A stretch of DNA of 64,000 nucleotides, taken from a virus. Taxonomy: Duplodnaviria; Caudoviricetes. Both the position numbers and the translations under genes were made by a program. The notes beneath the pieces were generated by a model. It was not told the origin of the DNA. It saw only the letters and a list, made by a program, of their open reading frames with translations, and ran no database searches. Positions 25,738 through 33,960 of the stretch are shown piece after piece; within the stretch, counting starts at the first letter, position 1; the number at the start of each line of letters is the position of its first letter. The DNA is taken from IMG/VR virus record IMGVR_UViG_3300031994_000071, positions 11,222-75,221 of that record; one strand, given 5' to 3'.

Positions 25738-26502
25738 TTAAAGTGTTACAGATTCATATCTATCTTCAATCAGGACCGGCATGAGAATGCACTGGCCCTT
25801 GTCGCCCTGCACGAGCGCTGCATGGCGCCCGTCCTCGTGAAGGTAAACCTCCGTCGCGCCGATGAAGTCCATAGCCTCGATGAACCTGGCGAACCACTCG
25901 GCCTTGAACCCACAAGGACCGACCTTGCACAGCCAGTTGGGACTCCACTTGATACCCTTGCCGGTCTCAGCCTTGTATGCCGTCCGCTTTTCGTCAACCC
26001 ACGAGTAGAACTTCTCGCGGTCGAACTTGTAAGGACGATAACCGCCTGCGCTCACATTGGGAATCACGGACTCCCACTTGGGATAGATGGGATGGTTGTG
26101 GCCTTCCTTGTCAACCCATGACGTCCGGTGCTGTATGGTCACACTCTTATTGTTTTCGGCATCCCAAACGGTCTCCTGTGACTCCACGTAACTGCCGTCC
26201 TTGAGCAGCACGGCACCCTCATACTCTGCCGGATAGTCCTCCTTGATGGCAATCAGGATGTGAGCATCGGATGCAACCTTGTTTCCTCGGTCGTGGAAGA
26301 CTCCGTTCATTGCAGGACGAATCTCATCGTTGGCCACGTAGTTGTAGATATTGAACTTGCCAACCTTGGCCGGTGTCATAGCCTCGGCGCGGATGACCTG
26401 CTGAATCATCTCAGCGGCCTGCTCATTACTGATTCTTGCATTCTCCGGGTCGCGGAGGGCGTTGTAAACCTCGGAAAGTTTGTTGATGCTTGTCTGTTTC
26501 AT
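25738..26502 (-). CDS. Beta-sliding-clamp-like protein (partial fold)
   Basis: ANDEIRPAMNGVFHD..KVASDAHIL and RFIEAMDFIGATEVYL...AALV..ILMPV resemble DnaN domain motifs. Confidence 0.6.
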   Translation of the reverse strand: MKQTSINKLSEVYNALRDPENARISNEQAAEMIQQVIRAEAMTPAKVGKFNIYNYVANDEIRPAMNGVFHDRGNKVASDAHILIAIKEDYPAEYEGAVLLKDGSYVESQETVWDAENNKSVTIQHRTSWVDKEGHNHPIYPKWESVIPNVSAGGYRPYKFDREKFYSWVDEKRTAYKAETGKGIKWSPNWLCKVGPCGFKAEWFARFIEAMDFIGATEVYLHEDGRHAALVQGDKGQCILMPVLIEDRYESVTL

Positions 26503-26531
26503 ATTCTTGTAAGTTTTTGTTGTTATGCTAC

Positions 26532-26547
26532 TGCAATTATTGTGCCA
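26532..26547 (-). promoter_or_regulatory. sigma54-type -24/-12 promoter
   Basis: Minus strand TGGCACA-ATAA-TTGCA, 30 nt before ATG 26502. Confidence 0.75.
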
Positions 26548-26725
26548 TACTCGGCACAGGATGGAGGAGCCTGCGGGCTGGATAGCGAGGGTCGCGCTTA
26601 TCGAGCCAGATAAGACCGATGCAGGTCTTCTCTATCTCCTCCTTGGACGGGTCCAATTCGACCTCCGTCATCTTGCCATCTGGGTCAGTGAAAGGAGTGC
26701 CCAGGCGAATCAGATACTTACACAT
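26537..26725 (-). CDS. Hypothetical protein
   Basis: Start MCKYLIRL overlaps the upstream stop. Confidence 0.55.
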   Translation of the reverse strand: MCKYLIRLGTPFTDPDGKMTEVELDPSKEEIEKTCIGLIWLDKRDPRYPARRLLHPVPSMAQ

Positions 26726-27080
26726 AGGCCCAAATGGAATTGAAGTCCTGACATACGAAGGCCGCTGCAATCTCCTTGGCATTGGCCCTCACTTTCTCTA
26801 CGAATTCGTTGAGGCGCTTGGCACTCTTGCGCTCAGCACCCTCAAGGAAGAAGGTCGTGCTCCCACGATCAGCACCACCGAAACTAATCATATCCATGTC
26901 GCCATCCTTGAAGTGCATCGGGGTGATGTTGATTGGACGGATGGAGAGGTAGTAGCCCCTCTTCTTGTAAAGGTTGGACCATGCCTCACCTTTCTGGTAA
27001 TGCACGTCAAGTTCGATGTGGTTGGCGCCTCCGATTTCGAGGCAGGGTATTCTTACTTTCTGTTCCTGTGTCTTATTCAT
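26718..27080 (-). CDS. Conserved phage hypothetical protein
   Basis: IELDVHYQKG...KRGYYLSIRP. Confidence 0.75.
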   Translation of the reverse strand: MNKTQEQKVRIPCLEIGGANHIELDVHYQKGEAWSNLYKKRGYYLSIRPINITPMHFKDGDMDMISFGGADRGSTTFFLEGAERKSAKRLNEFVEKVRANAKEIAAAFVCQDFNSIWAYV

Positions 27081-27201
27081 AATCATCACAATAGTATTTG
27101 TTATCTATGCTTACTAAAATAGCCATTCCGTTACTTTTAACATGTTCGTACCAGTTTCAGGCAAAGTTCCTTGAACTTCTTCCCCTGATACTTTATTCTT
27201 G

Positions 27202-27552
27202 TCATGCCGGAATCGCTCTTAATACTGGCGCTCCCTTGGAGAACCAGTCTGTACGATAGCGCAGCGCCCCGGTGAACCTGCGGGCATCGCCATTGTCAAT
27301 GAGCATCTGTGCATACTCGCGCAGATCCTCAACGTTGTCCTTGCAGAACTGGACGAACTTATCATCATCGGGCTGCGTGCCTGCCTCCTTGCATCGGTCC
27401 TCATATAAGGCCCACATCTCATCTTGCAGGGCGTGAGCATTCATAACATAGCCATGCCACACAACCTCTGGGTCGCTCCAGTCGCCATGATAGACGAAAC
27501 GGAACCCTCGGATGCCCATCCAAAGGGGCCAAATGTCAGATGTCTTTCTCAT
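27202..27552 (-). CDS. Hypothetical protein
   Basis: GFRFVYHGDWSDPEVVW motif. Confidence 0.7.
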   Translation of the reverse strand: MRKTSDIWPLWMGIRGFRFVYHGDWSDPEVVWHGYVMNAHALQDEMWALYEDRCKEAGTQPDDDKFVQFCKDNVEDLREYAQMLIDNGDARRFTGALRYRTDWFSKGAPVLRAIPA

Positions 27553-27838
27553 TGTCGTATTTGTAATTAGGGTTTACCATGTGGTCACTCATGTAGCCAT
27601 CCAAAATGCTCCATGATACTTTCTCACCACTCCGCGTCACTCCGCTCATGGTATATTCTTCAATTCCTTTCGCAGGAAGAAATCTCCGGTCGGTCTTTAT
27701 CTCACCCCACAACCCCACCTTCCGACCGGCGTCCACGTCCTGCAACATGCACTTCTCGGCATTGCACCAAGATTCAAAGTACGTTGAATGAACTCTGTCA
27801 CCAACGACTTTCCTAACGATGTAAAAATGTGGTGTCAT
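27536..27838 (-). CDS. Hypothetical protein
   Basis: Co-oriented ORF. Confidence 0.65.
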   Translation of the reverse strand: MTPHFYIVRKVVGDRVHSTYFESWCNAEKCMLQDVDAGRKVGLWGEIKTDRRFLPAKGIEEYTMSGVTRSGEKVSWSILDGYMSDHMVNPNYKYDNEKDI

Positions 27839-27839
27839 A

Positions 27840-28118
27840 CTATCTCAAGTCAAAGTATAAATCCGCTTTGTCAATGGCATCCTCGATGGTGGTTGCACCC
27901 TCTATGTGCCACCCTTCGTGCTGCTCAATGAAATCCATCACCTCCATACTGGACGGGTCCACCAGGCAGTGAACCTCATCCAAATCAGGACTGATGGCCA
28001 AGGATATTTCATTCGGAACCTCGTCCGGCTCGTAGCATCCGTACATCGCCGACTCAATCTCTTCCGAAATCAAGTCACGCAACGCACGCCACCTGGTCGC
28101 ATCTCTTAATTTTGCCAT
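27840..28118 (-). CDS. Acidic hypothetical protein
   Basis: D/E-rich 92 aa ending LYFDLR. Confidence 0.7.
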   Translation of the reverse strand: MAKLRDATRWRALRDLISEEIESAMYGCYEPDEVPNEISLAISPDLDEVHCLVDPSSMEVMDFIEQHEGWHIEGATTIEDAIDKADLYFDLR

Positions 28119-28450
28119 ATCTCTTTTGCTCTATTGATTATTTTCTCAATCTCCCATTCGACGAAAGCCCCAAACCTGTCAATGTTGAATTCCGCATCAT
28201 CCACCCAGCCCTCGTCTTTTCCGTAGTTCCAGATGAAGGCAACCTCCATTTTTCCGCCCTCAGTCACATACACGGCCCAAATTGCTACCGACTGGTCATT
28301 CCGCTCATCGTAATAACTCAGCCCGCCATTGTTGAAAAAGTCCAGGCCCTTTTCGGCGTCATCGCATCCAAGCATTTCCCTTAAATCGTCCGTGAAATAC
28401 TTTCCATACTGCTCTACGATCGCCCTGAGTTCCTTTAATTTCTCTTCCAT
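28106..28450 (-). CDS. Acidic hypothetical protein
   Basis: Start MEEKLKEL. Confidence 0.65.
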   Translation of the reverse strand: MEEKLKELRAIVEQYGKYFTDDLREMLGCDDAEKGLDFFNNGGLSYYDERNDQSVAIWAVYVTEGGKMEVAFIWNYGKDEGWVDDAEFNIDRFGAFVEWEIEKIINRAKEIWQN

Positions 28451-28451
28451 G

Positions 28452-28646
28452 TTACTCAAACTTAATCGTTACACGCAGCCCCAGCGCCTCCGCCCATCTG
28501 TACATCATCTTCAAAGTCAGACCGCCACGACCGTTCTCTATCTCACTCAAGCGGGCACGCTCAGCACCCATCCTGCGGGCCAACTCGCCCAAGGTCACAC
28601 CGGCATCCAACCGGCGGTCCTTCAATTCCTGTATTACTTGCTCCAT
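28452..28646 (-). CDS. XRE-family HTH protein
   Basis: LKDRRLDAGVTLGELARRMGAERARLSEIENGR. Confidence 0.9.
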   Translation of the reverse strand: MEQVIQELKDRRLDAGVTLGELARRMGAERARLSEIENGRGGLTLKMMYRWAEALGLRVTIKFE

Positions 28647-28649
28647 GGC

Positions 28650-28964
28650 TCAATAATTTAGATTGTTTGGCATTTCACCTTCGCTATACAAGTCGTAGGC
28701 GAAAACTCTATACTCAAAGAAGTCCGCCCCTATGCGCACGTTGATGGTCTGGCTATCCAAACCGGGACCAGCCCAGGTGACGCTATCACGAAACACCTTC
28801 AAGAGTTTCACTTCCTCACCGTCACGCCTTGCATCCATAATCAGTTTCGCAACCACCCGTCTCATGTGCTTAACCGCATCGGCTACATTCTTGAAAGAAT
28901 AGTAGCCATCGTGCCAGCCGTGGTCGTTGACCTCAAGCCGGATTTTGTAGATTTGTTGTTTCAT
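28650..28964 (-). CDS. Hypothetical protein
   Basis: Co-oriented ORF. Confidence 0.65.
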   Translation of the reverse strand: MKQQIYKIRLEVNDHGWHDGYYSFKNVADAVKHMRRVVAKLIMDARRDGEEVKLLKVFRDSVTWAGPGLDSQTINVRIGADFFEYRVFAYDLYSEGEMPNNLNY

Positions 28965-29482
28965 ATCACAAAGTGTATTTCACCATACTGGTGCTTAAAA
29001 TTGTACTTGTCAATTTCCCATATCTCGTCATAGGTGTGACGCAGGCTGTTCTCCGGATACCTGCTCATGCTGTGGAACATCGTTCCGGCTCCAGCCCTAA
29101 GGTTTTTCACGTTCTGCTCCAAGTCATCGACCGGCTCAGGCAGCGCCCTTGCATGGATGATGATGCTTTTACCTTGGAGCCACAAATCCTTCGCCATCTT
29201 CTCGTCTATCTCGGTCAGTGTCGTGTGTCCTTTGGTCTCCATCGGGCCTCCGGTCACAACGTCATTAACAACAGAAGGAATCATGTAGAAGTGCTGCTGC
29301 ACCTCGCGGTATTCGTGCGTGTACCCGCTCGCCTTCACCTCTCCGCTTTCAATCCTCGGAGCGACGGTTTCTTGTACCGCTTTCAGAAAGTCCTTTACTT
29401 CTTTTTCGGTCGAGAAATAATCCTCGATACCAATAATCCGCCCGTCACTCTTACGGACGAGAACCATTGCAAACTTTTTCAT
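28961..29482 (-). CDS. Hypothetical protein
   Basis: ATGA overlap. Confidence 0.65.
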   Translation of the reverse strand: MKKFAMVLVRKSDGRIIGIEDYFSTEKEVKDFLKAVQETVAPRIESGEVKASGYTHEYREVQQHFYMIPSVVNDVVTGGPMETKGHTTLTEIDEKMAKDLWLQGKSIIIHARALPEPVDDLEQNVKNLRAGAGTMFHSMSRYPENSLRHTYDEIWEIDKYNFKHQYGEIHFVI

Positions 29483-29789
29483 ATTCTCTTGTCAATTCGT
29501 TAAATATAATCCAGTTGATTCCGTCGGACCGTCTCGTCTTTGGATAATCACCATTACTTGCACGCTTCAAGATATAAAGTGCCTCGCCCTCATCCTTGCA
29601 CTTGAGCGCCTTCATGTCCTCAAGCAGGATTCCAAATTCACGATTCGGATCCGGCTTGGCCAGTGGAATATATCCTTCATGCGGGAAATTATGCCTGCCG
29701 ATATTCCATACCACATACCCGGGAGGGAACGTGTCCACAATCTCGAACTCATCGACACGTCCCCACTTGCTGTCCCTGAATTTTTCCAT
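29451..29789 (-). CDS. Conserved hypothetical protein
   Basis: FEIVDTFPPGYVVWNIG...YIPL...ALK motif. Confidence 0.7.
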   Translation of the reverse strand: MEKFRDSKWGRVDEFEIVDTFPPGYVVWNIGRHNFPHEGYIPLAKPDPNREFGILLEDMKALKCKDEGEALYILKRASNGDYPKTRRSDGINWIIFNELTREYEKVCNGSRP

Positions 29790-29790
29790 A

Positions 29791-30318
29791 TCAGTAGATG
29801 TTTACTATCATTTGTTTGTACGGATAACCGCCAGTGGCCTGCCTGACGCATTCCATCGCCTGCGTCCAGAAGTCACGCACCTTCTTCGCAAGGTCCTCGG
29901 AATCCTTGAACTTGCTCTTGCGCATCCACTTGCCACCCATCCGCTCGACCGCCTTACGCATGGAGCACATGCACAGGTATGATTTCTTTTGGTCTGCATC
30001 GGTCAGCCAAATGTGACCACAACTCGACACCTCGAACTTATGTTCTTTCATGTCTATCTTGAGGTCCACATAAATAGAATTCTCTGCAATCCCGTTTGGA
30101 TAGTCGCTTGCATTCAGCGCGTCCAGGCGCACATGTTGCAGATACGGGACGAATGAACCGAACCCGCCACGGACCGGGAGGGTTTTCAGCCTCATGGCCG
30201 CCTTGATGAGTTCAAATTCACTCTTGTACTTTGCGCATTCAACCTCGTGCGCGTCCAGGGCCTGCTTGCTCGGGAAAACCTCGCTCAGGCAAATGCTGTG
30301 TTGCTTTACGTATTCCAT
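29791..30318 (-). CDS. Hypothetical protein
   Basis: DYPNGIAENSIY...KWMRKSKFK. Confidence 0.7.
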   Translation of the reverse strand: MEYVKQHSICLSEVFPSKQALDAHEVECAKYKSEFELIKAAMRLKTLPVRGGFGSFVPYLQHVRLDALNASDYPNGIAENSIYVDLKIDMKEHKFEVSSCGHIWLTDADQKKSYLCMCSMRKAVERMGGKWMRKSKFKDSEDLAKKVRDFWTQAMECVRQATGGYPYKQMIVNIY

Positions 30319-30329
30319 CTTTCTTTTAG

Positions 30330-30545
30330 TTATTTGTTATCCTTACGCCTCTTTGCAGCCTTTCTTTCTCGTTTCGCTTTGGCCTTCTCAATGGCCATCT
30401 GTTCGCATCGCTCACGACGCGCCCTATCCTCCGGGCTTTCTTTATTCTCAATCACTCTGCCTCGGCCCGAATCGAAATAATGCTGGGACTCTGCGAGCAT
30501 CATTGCGCCCATCAAAGCCAGTTGTTTCATTGCTTGGCGTCCCAT
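30330..30545 (-). CDS. Small basic-tailed hypothetical protein
   Basis: K/R-rich C-terminus. Confidence 0.65.
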   Translation of the reverse strand: MGRQAMKQLALMGAMMLAESQHYFDSGRGRVIENKESPEDRARRERCEQMAIEKAKAKRERKAAKRRKDNK

Positions 30546-30549
30546 AGTC

Positions 30550-30714
30550 TTAACTGTTAAAATATAACGTTTCTGCCTGGTTGCTCTCAGCCTCTAAAAA
30601 ATCATCCTCCGTATAATCGTCCTCGTACTCTTCCGGTTCTTCGTCGCCATCGTACTTATAGTCGTCCGGCATGCCTCCACCAAAATAGGTGTCGTCGTCA
30701 ATATCATGTGCCAT
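30550..30714 (-). CDS. 54-aa extremely acidic, Tyr-rich protein (candidate DNA mimic; below track cutoff)
   Basis: MAHDIDDDTYFGGGMPDDYKYDGDEEPEEYEDDYTEDDFLEAESNQAETLYFNS: 21 D/E, 1 K, 0 R. Confidence 0.7.
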   Translation of the reverse strand: MAHDIDDDTYFGGGMPDDYKYDGDEEPEEYEDDYTEDDFLEAESNQAETLYFNS

Positions 30715-30725
30715 CTTTCTTTCAG

Positions 30726-31007
30726 TTAGTTGTGAAACTCAATCTTTGCATAGTACGGTTTGAAACACCCGTCCAAATAGAAACTGCACCGGTACTCACC
30801 CTTCACCGCGTACACCTTCACGCACCCGCTCTGCCAGCCGTGTGCAAACTCCGGGCATACGAATCCGCCCACCTCCCGGTAACTCTTAGGCGTCGCACTC
30901 TTGGGACCAATCCTACGACGGTTGCCCAGGCTGCTCATGGTCGCTTTGCCATAAGCAACACCGGCCAGGACAAAACCACGACCGGTGCTCACTTCGATTC
31001 GTGCCAT
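30726..31007 (-). CDS. Hypothetical protein
   Basis: Co-oriented ORF. Confidence 0.65.
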   Translation of the reverse strand: MARIEVSTGRGFVLAGVAYGKATMSSLGNRRRIGPKSATPKSYREVGGFVCPEFAHGWQSGCVKVYAVKGEYRCSFYLDGCFKPYYAKIEFHN

Positions 31008-31010
31008 ACC

Positions 31011-31199
31011 CTACGCCTCCACCTTTTCGGTGCTCACCTGCACCTGCCATCTGTCCTCGCTAAAGGTGCGCACGCTCTCAACCTCGCCCGCCTTCACCAT
31101 CTCCACGAGGTCGCCCAGAGCAATCTCGCTCTTCGGAATGTAATAGTACGAATAGTCCTTGTTGATGCTTTCAAGGTACTTGCTGTCAATCTTTTTCAT
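31011..31199 (-). CDS. Hypothetical protein
   Basis: Co-oriented ORF. Confidence 0.65.
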   Translation of the reverse strand: MKKIDSKYLESINKDYSYYYIPKSEIALGDLVEMVKAGEVESVRTFSEDRWQVQVSTEKVEA

Positions 31200-31226
31200 G
31201 ATACTTTGTTTTTAGATGGTTTATAA

Positions 31227-31421
31227 CTACCAGAGCACAACGCCCTGTTTTTCTACTATCAGCCGATGATCCGGGGCACTCACATACCAGCCAAAGCGCT
31301 TGTGGTGCTCCTCGTTCAACGCGTTCTGCATCTCCACGCAATGCCGTTTCCATTGCCTGCGCTCGGCCTCGATGCTCTTGCCGAATACGGCGTAAATCGC
31401 CTTTGCTAAAATCTTTTTCAT
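31227..31421 (-). CDS. Hypothetical protein
   Basis: ATGA overlap. Confidence 0.6.
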   Translation of the reverse strand: MKKILAKAIYAVFGKSIEAERRQWKRHCVEMQNALNEEHHKRFGWYVSAPDHRLIVEKQGVVLW

Positions 31422-31606
31422 GGTTCGATAAATACTTTCTTTGTTCCCTTGTAAAATGCCTCGTGGTTCACGTCATCGTACTTGTAGCACTCGTACACCT
31501 TGTCCGGGGCGTAATAGTACCCACGCACCCACAGCGGGGCATTCTCGTTGTTCGTCAGGCGGAAAAAGTCGCCCTTCTTCACCTGCCTGATGGTCGTTGC
31601 AGTCAT
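31418..31606 (-). CDS. Small conserved phage protein
   Basis: IRQVKKGDFFRL...WVRGYY....KVYECYKYDDVNHE. Confidence 0.75.
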   Translation of the reverse strand: MTATTIRQVKKGDFFRLTNNENAPLWVRGYYYAPDKVYECYKYDDVNHEAFYKGTKKVFIEP

Positions 31607-31767
31607 GCCCAGGCCCTCCCGTTCTTGTGGTTCATCCGTTTCTGCCGTTTGTCCCTCCGCCTCATCCGTCCGTCAATCTCGTTCAAAAGCCGTTCTTCCT
31701 CGTCGGCCCACTGAACGCGTGCCATCCGGTCACTCGCCCAGTCAAATTGTGTGTAAGTTTTGCTCAT
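31603..31767 (-). CDS. 54-aa hypothetical protein
   Basis: MSKTYTQFDWASDRM...GRAWA-TGA overlapping the next ATG. Confidence 0.55.
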   Translation of the reverse strand: MSKTYTQFDWASDRMARVQWADEEERLLNEIDGRMRRRDKRQKRMNHKNGRAWA

Positions 31768-31863
31768 GATTGTACATATTTGCTACCGCCCCGGGCCGGG
31801 TATAGTTACCCAGCCCAGAGCACGCACTAAGCCTAAAGCCTTTTTATCCTCGCTTAGTCGAGT

Positions 31864-32220
31864 TTACTTGCTATTGATAGCCTTCCAATGGGCAGCGCTC
31901 GCCCGGCGGAGGTAGTCAAGCACGCGCCCGGGGGTCCATGTGTCCCATGCACGGAATTCCTTTTCGCCCGTTTCGGCGTTCTTGACCATGCGACCTAATA
32001 CGCCGTTCTGGCAGTAGTTCGAGCCGTCAAGCCACTGCACGAGGTACGCGGGCGTTACGTCCTTGAACGTAAGGCCATCTTTGCGGGCTACCTTTTGCAG
32101 TTCGGATTTGCCCCAATTCTCGCGGAGCGTGCGCATGCAGGAAGACAAACTTTTGTGCTCGGCGTTGATAAAAGCCTTGAAATCCTTAACAGAAGCGGAG
32201 GTAAACTGAATCTTTGCCAT
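31864..32220 (-). CDS. First gene of the leftward block, hypothetical
   Basis: 118 aa, strong codon bias, AT-rich start region. Confidence 0.75.
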   Translation of the reverse strand: MAKIQFTSASVKDFKAFINAEHKSLSSCMRTLRENWGKSELQKVARKDGLTFKDVTPAYLVQWLDGSNYCQNGVLGRMVKNAETGEKEFRAWDTWTPGRVLDYLRRASAAHWKAINSK

Positions 32221-32276
32221 AATTGTAAATGTTTAATTGTTAATTGTTTATAGTTACTAAATTATTTGATTTGTTC

Positions 32277-32535
32277 AGCCGTTCGGAGTCGAACCAAACC
32301 ACTGAATTTGAAGCCGTTCACGCCTAATTGCTTTGCACACTTGAAGCCGTTCAAATGCTGCTGCGAAACCCACTTTTAGACGTCGTAAGCCGTTCATTTT
32401 ACCGCTTTTTCCGGCCCCCGTGAGCGTGTCACTCGCTCACCGCTGCACCAAATGCACCCCCGGGGCCGTTCAGGCGTTGTTTTTGCGCGGTCGCTCTCCC
32501 CGCGTTCGCCCTCCCGGGCTTATTGTAAGCCGTTT
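32277..32535. repeat. Dispersed (A)AGCCGTTCA repeats, 6 copies
   Basis: Copies at 32277, 32311, 32344, 32387, 32465, 32527 in non-coding DNA. Confidence 0.8.
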
Positions 32536-32795
32536 TTGTCGGTCCGTGGTGCACTGACTTCCCAAATTTTGAGAAAGTGCCTAAAGGCATTCGCCCATAG
32601 CAAAAGAGCATTTCGCTCGCCCCGTTCGGGTACACTTCGCCTCAAAACCAGGTATCACCCTTTCCGTTCGGCTCGTTCCAGACTTTTCAAAGACCTATTT
32701 TTGGCGTCCTCAGATAACGCCCCCCCCTGAATGGGGGCTATATGTGGGGGAGAATCCCCCCGGGGGCCTCTCTTGCCCGCCGTCACTGCTATAAA

Positions 32796-32811
32796 TGCAA
32801 ACGGCGTGCCA
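32796..32811 (-). promoter_or_regulatory. sigma54-type -24/-12 promoter facing the leftward block
   Basis: Minus strand TGGCACG-CCGT-TTGCA. Confidence 0.7.
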
Positions 32812-32945
32812 CAAACGGCACAATATGCCAAAAATAGCGCAAATCTTACACTTTGAAAGAAAAATCTAACATATAATTACATATTATAACTAAAATCTAA
32901 CATATTGATTATAATTTGTAAGTTTGGCACACCCATTTACTAACA

Positions 32946-32998
32946 CTGACAAAATGGCAGGAACCTGACAATATGGCAGAAAACTGACAAAATGGCAG
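32946..32998. repeat. Three 15-bp direct repeats, 19-bp period (iteron-like)
   Basis: CTGACAAAATGGCAG at 32946 and 32984, CTGACAATATGGCAG at 32965, in AT-rich DNA. Confidence 0.9.
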
Positions 32999-33189
32999 CA
33001 CTTCTTAAAAAATTTTAAGAACTCGCAACTATTTGATAATCAAGCACTTACAAAGGGCGTAAAAAAGTTACTACGACCGTCGCAGATACATAACTAATTG
33101 ATTTTCAAGGGGTTACGGGGGTTTTGAGGCAAAAAAGGGGCGCACCCACATGGGACTATCGTTTATTTTTTTTATTTTTTTTCTGAGCC

Positions 33190-33205
33190 TGGCACGCTTT
33201 TTGCA
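33190..33205 (+). promoter_or_regulatory. sigma54-type -24/-12 promoter facing the rightward block
   Basis: TGGCACG-CTTT-TTGCA. Confidence 0.7.
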
Positions 33206-33568
33206 TTATAAGGCCCCTAGCTGTACCAAAACAGGCACGGATGAATGTTTTTTCTTGGGTTGTATAGAACTACACCACCCCACCCGACCTTTATCTATTT
33301 ATTTATCATATACTTGACCCGCTCAATGAAGAAATGTAGTATTATACAAGTTAGGAAATAGGTGCTTATCTGGAGAGGGGGTAAATGTGTGAATTCTGGG
33401 GTATATATAGGGAAATTTTTTACATTTTTTCATCGGGCCTATTCCGCCCTTGATTATCAGCGACTTACGGAATGTAGTTTTATACCGAATAGGAAACTTT
33501 TTGTCATTTTCGTGCCGTTTTCGGTACGTTTTCGGAATCTGCCGCTTGGAATCGTCCAGAATTGGCCC

Positions 33569-33576
33569 TAAATTTG
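33569..33576 (+). promoter_or_regulatory. Bacteroidetes primary-sigma -7 element
   Basis: TAAATTTG 28 nt before ATG 33604. Confidence 0.55.
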
Positions 33577-33603
33577 CAGGCGGAAAAACGCAAAATTAGG
33601 CGC

Positions 33604-33960
33604 ATGGCAAAACAGGTAATTGTGGCCCCAGGTCACGTCTTTGAGAATCTGGAGGAAGCAGCAGCCTTCCTCAACGTCACTCCCGGAACTGTTTCGAGGG
33701 CGATCCGCGATGTCCGTCCAATCAGCGGAGTCCCGCTCAGGTATGCGCAACGCGTGTACGTGGTGAAGATGAAGAAGCAGGAGGAATGGGTGGCAGCAGT
33801 TATGGACAGCAGCAACAGGCGATACGTGACGGTCGGCCAGTCCCTCAGGAAGATTCCGAAAAAGGATGTGGCCCAGGTGAAGGACATCACCGCCTCCTGG
33901 TACTTCAACTCTGGCACGGAACTTGCAGGGAGGGACGATTCAAAACGAAGTGAATTATGA
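33604..33960 (+). CDS. NUMOD1-like HTH DNA-binding protein
   Basis: VFENLEEAAAFLNVTPGTVSRAIR. Confidence 0.7.
   Translation: MAKQVIVAPGHVFENLEEAAAFLNVTPGTVSRAIRDVRPISGVPLRYAQRVYVVKMKKQEEWVAAVMDSSNRRYVTVGQSLRKIPKKDVAQVKDITASWYFNSGTELAGRDDSKRSEL
33912..33927 (+). promoter_or_regulatory. sigma54-type -24/-12 site
   Basis: TGGCACG-GAAC-TTGCA, 30 nt before ATG 33957. Confidence 0.7.

Noticed and set aside
32277-32998. CRISPR or mini-CRISPR array
   Set aside because: Repeats are only 8-15 bp, with irregular or 4-nt spacers, and there are no cas genes
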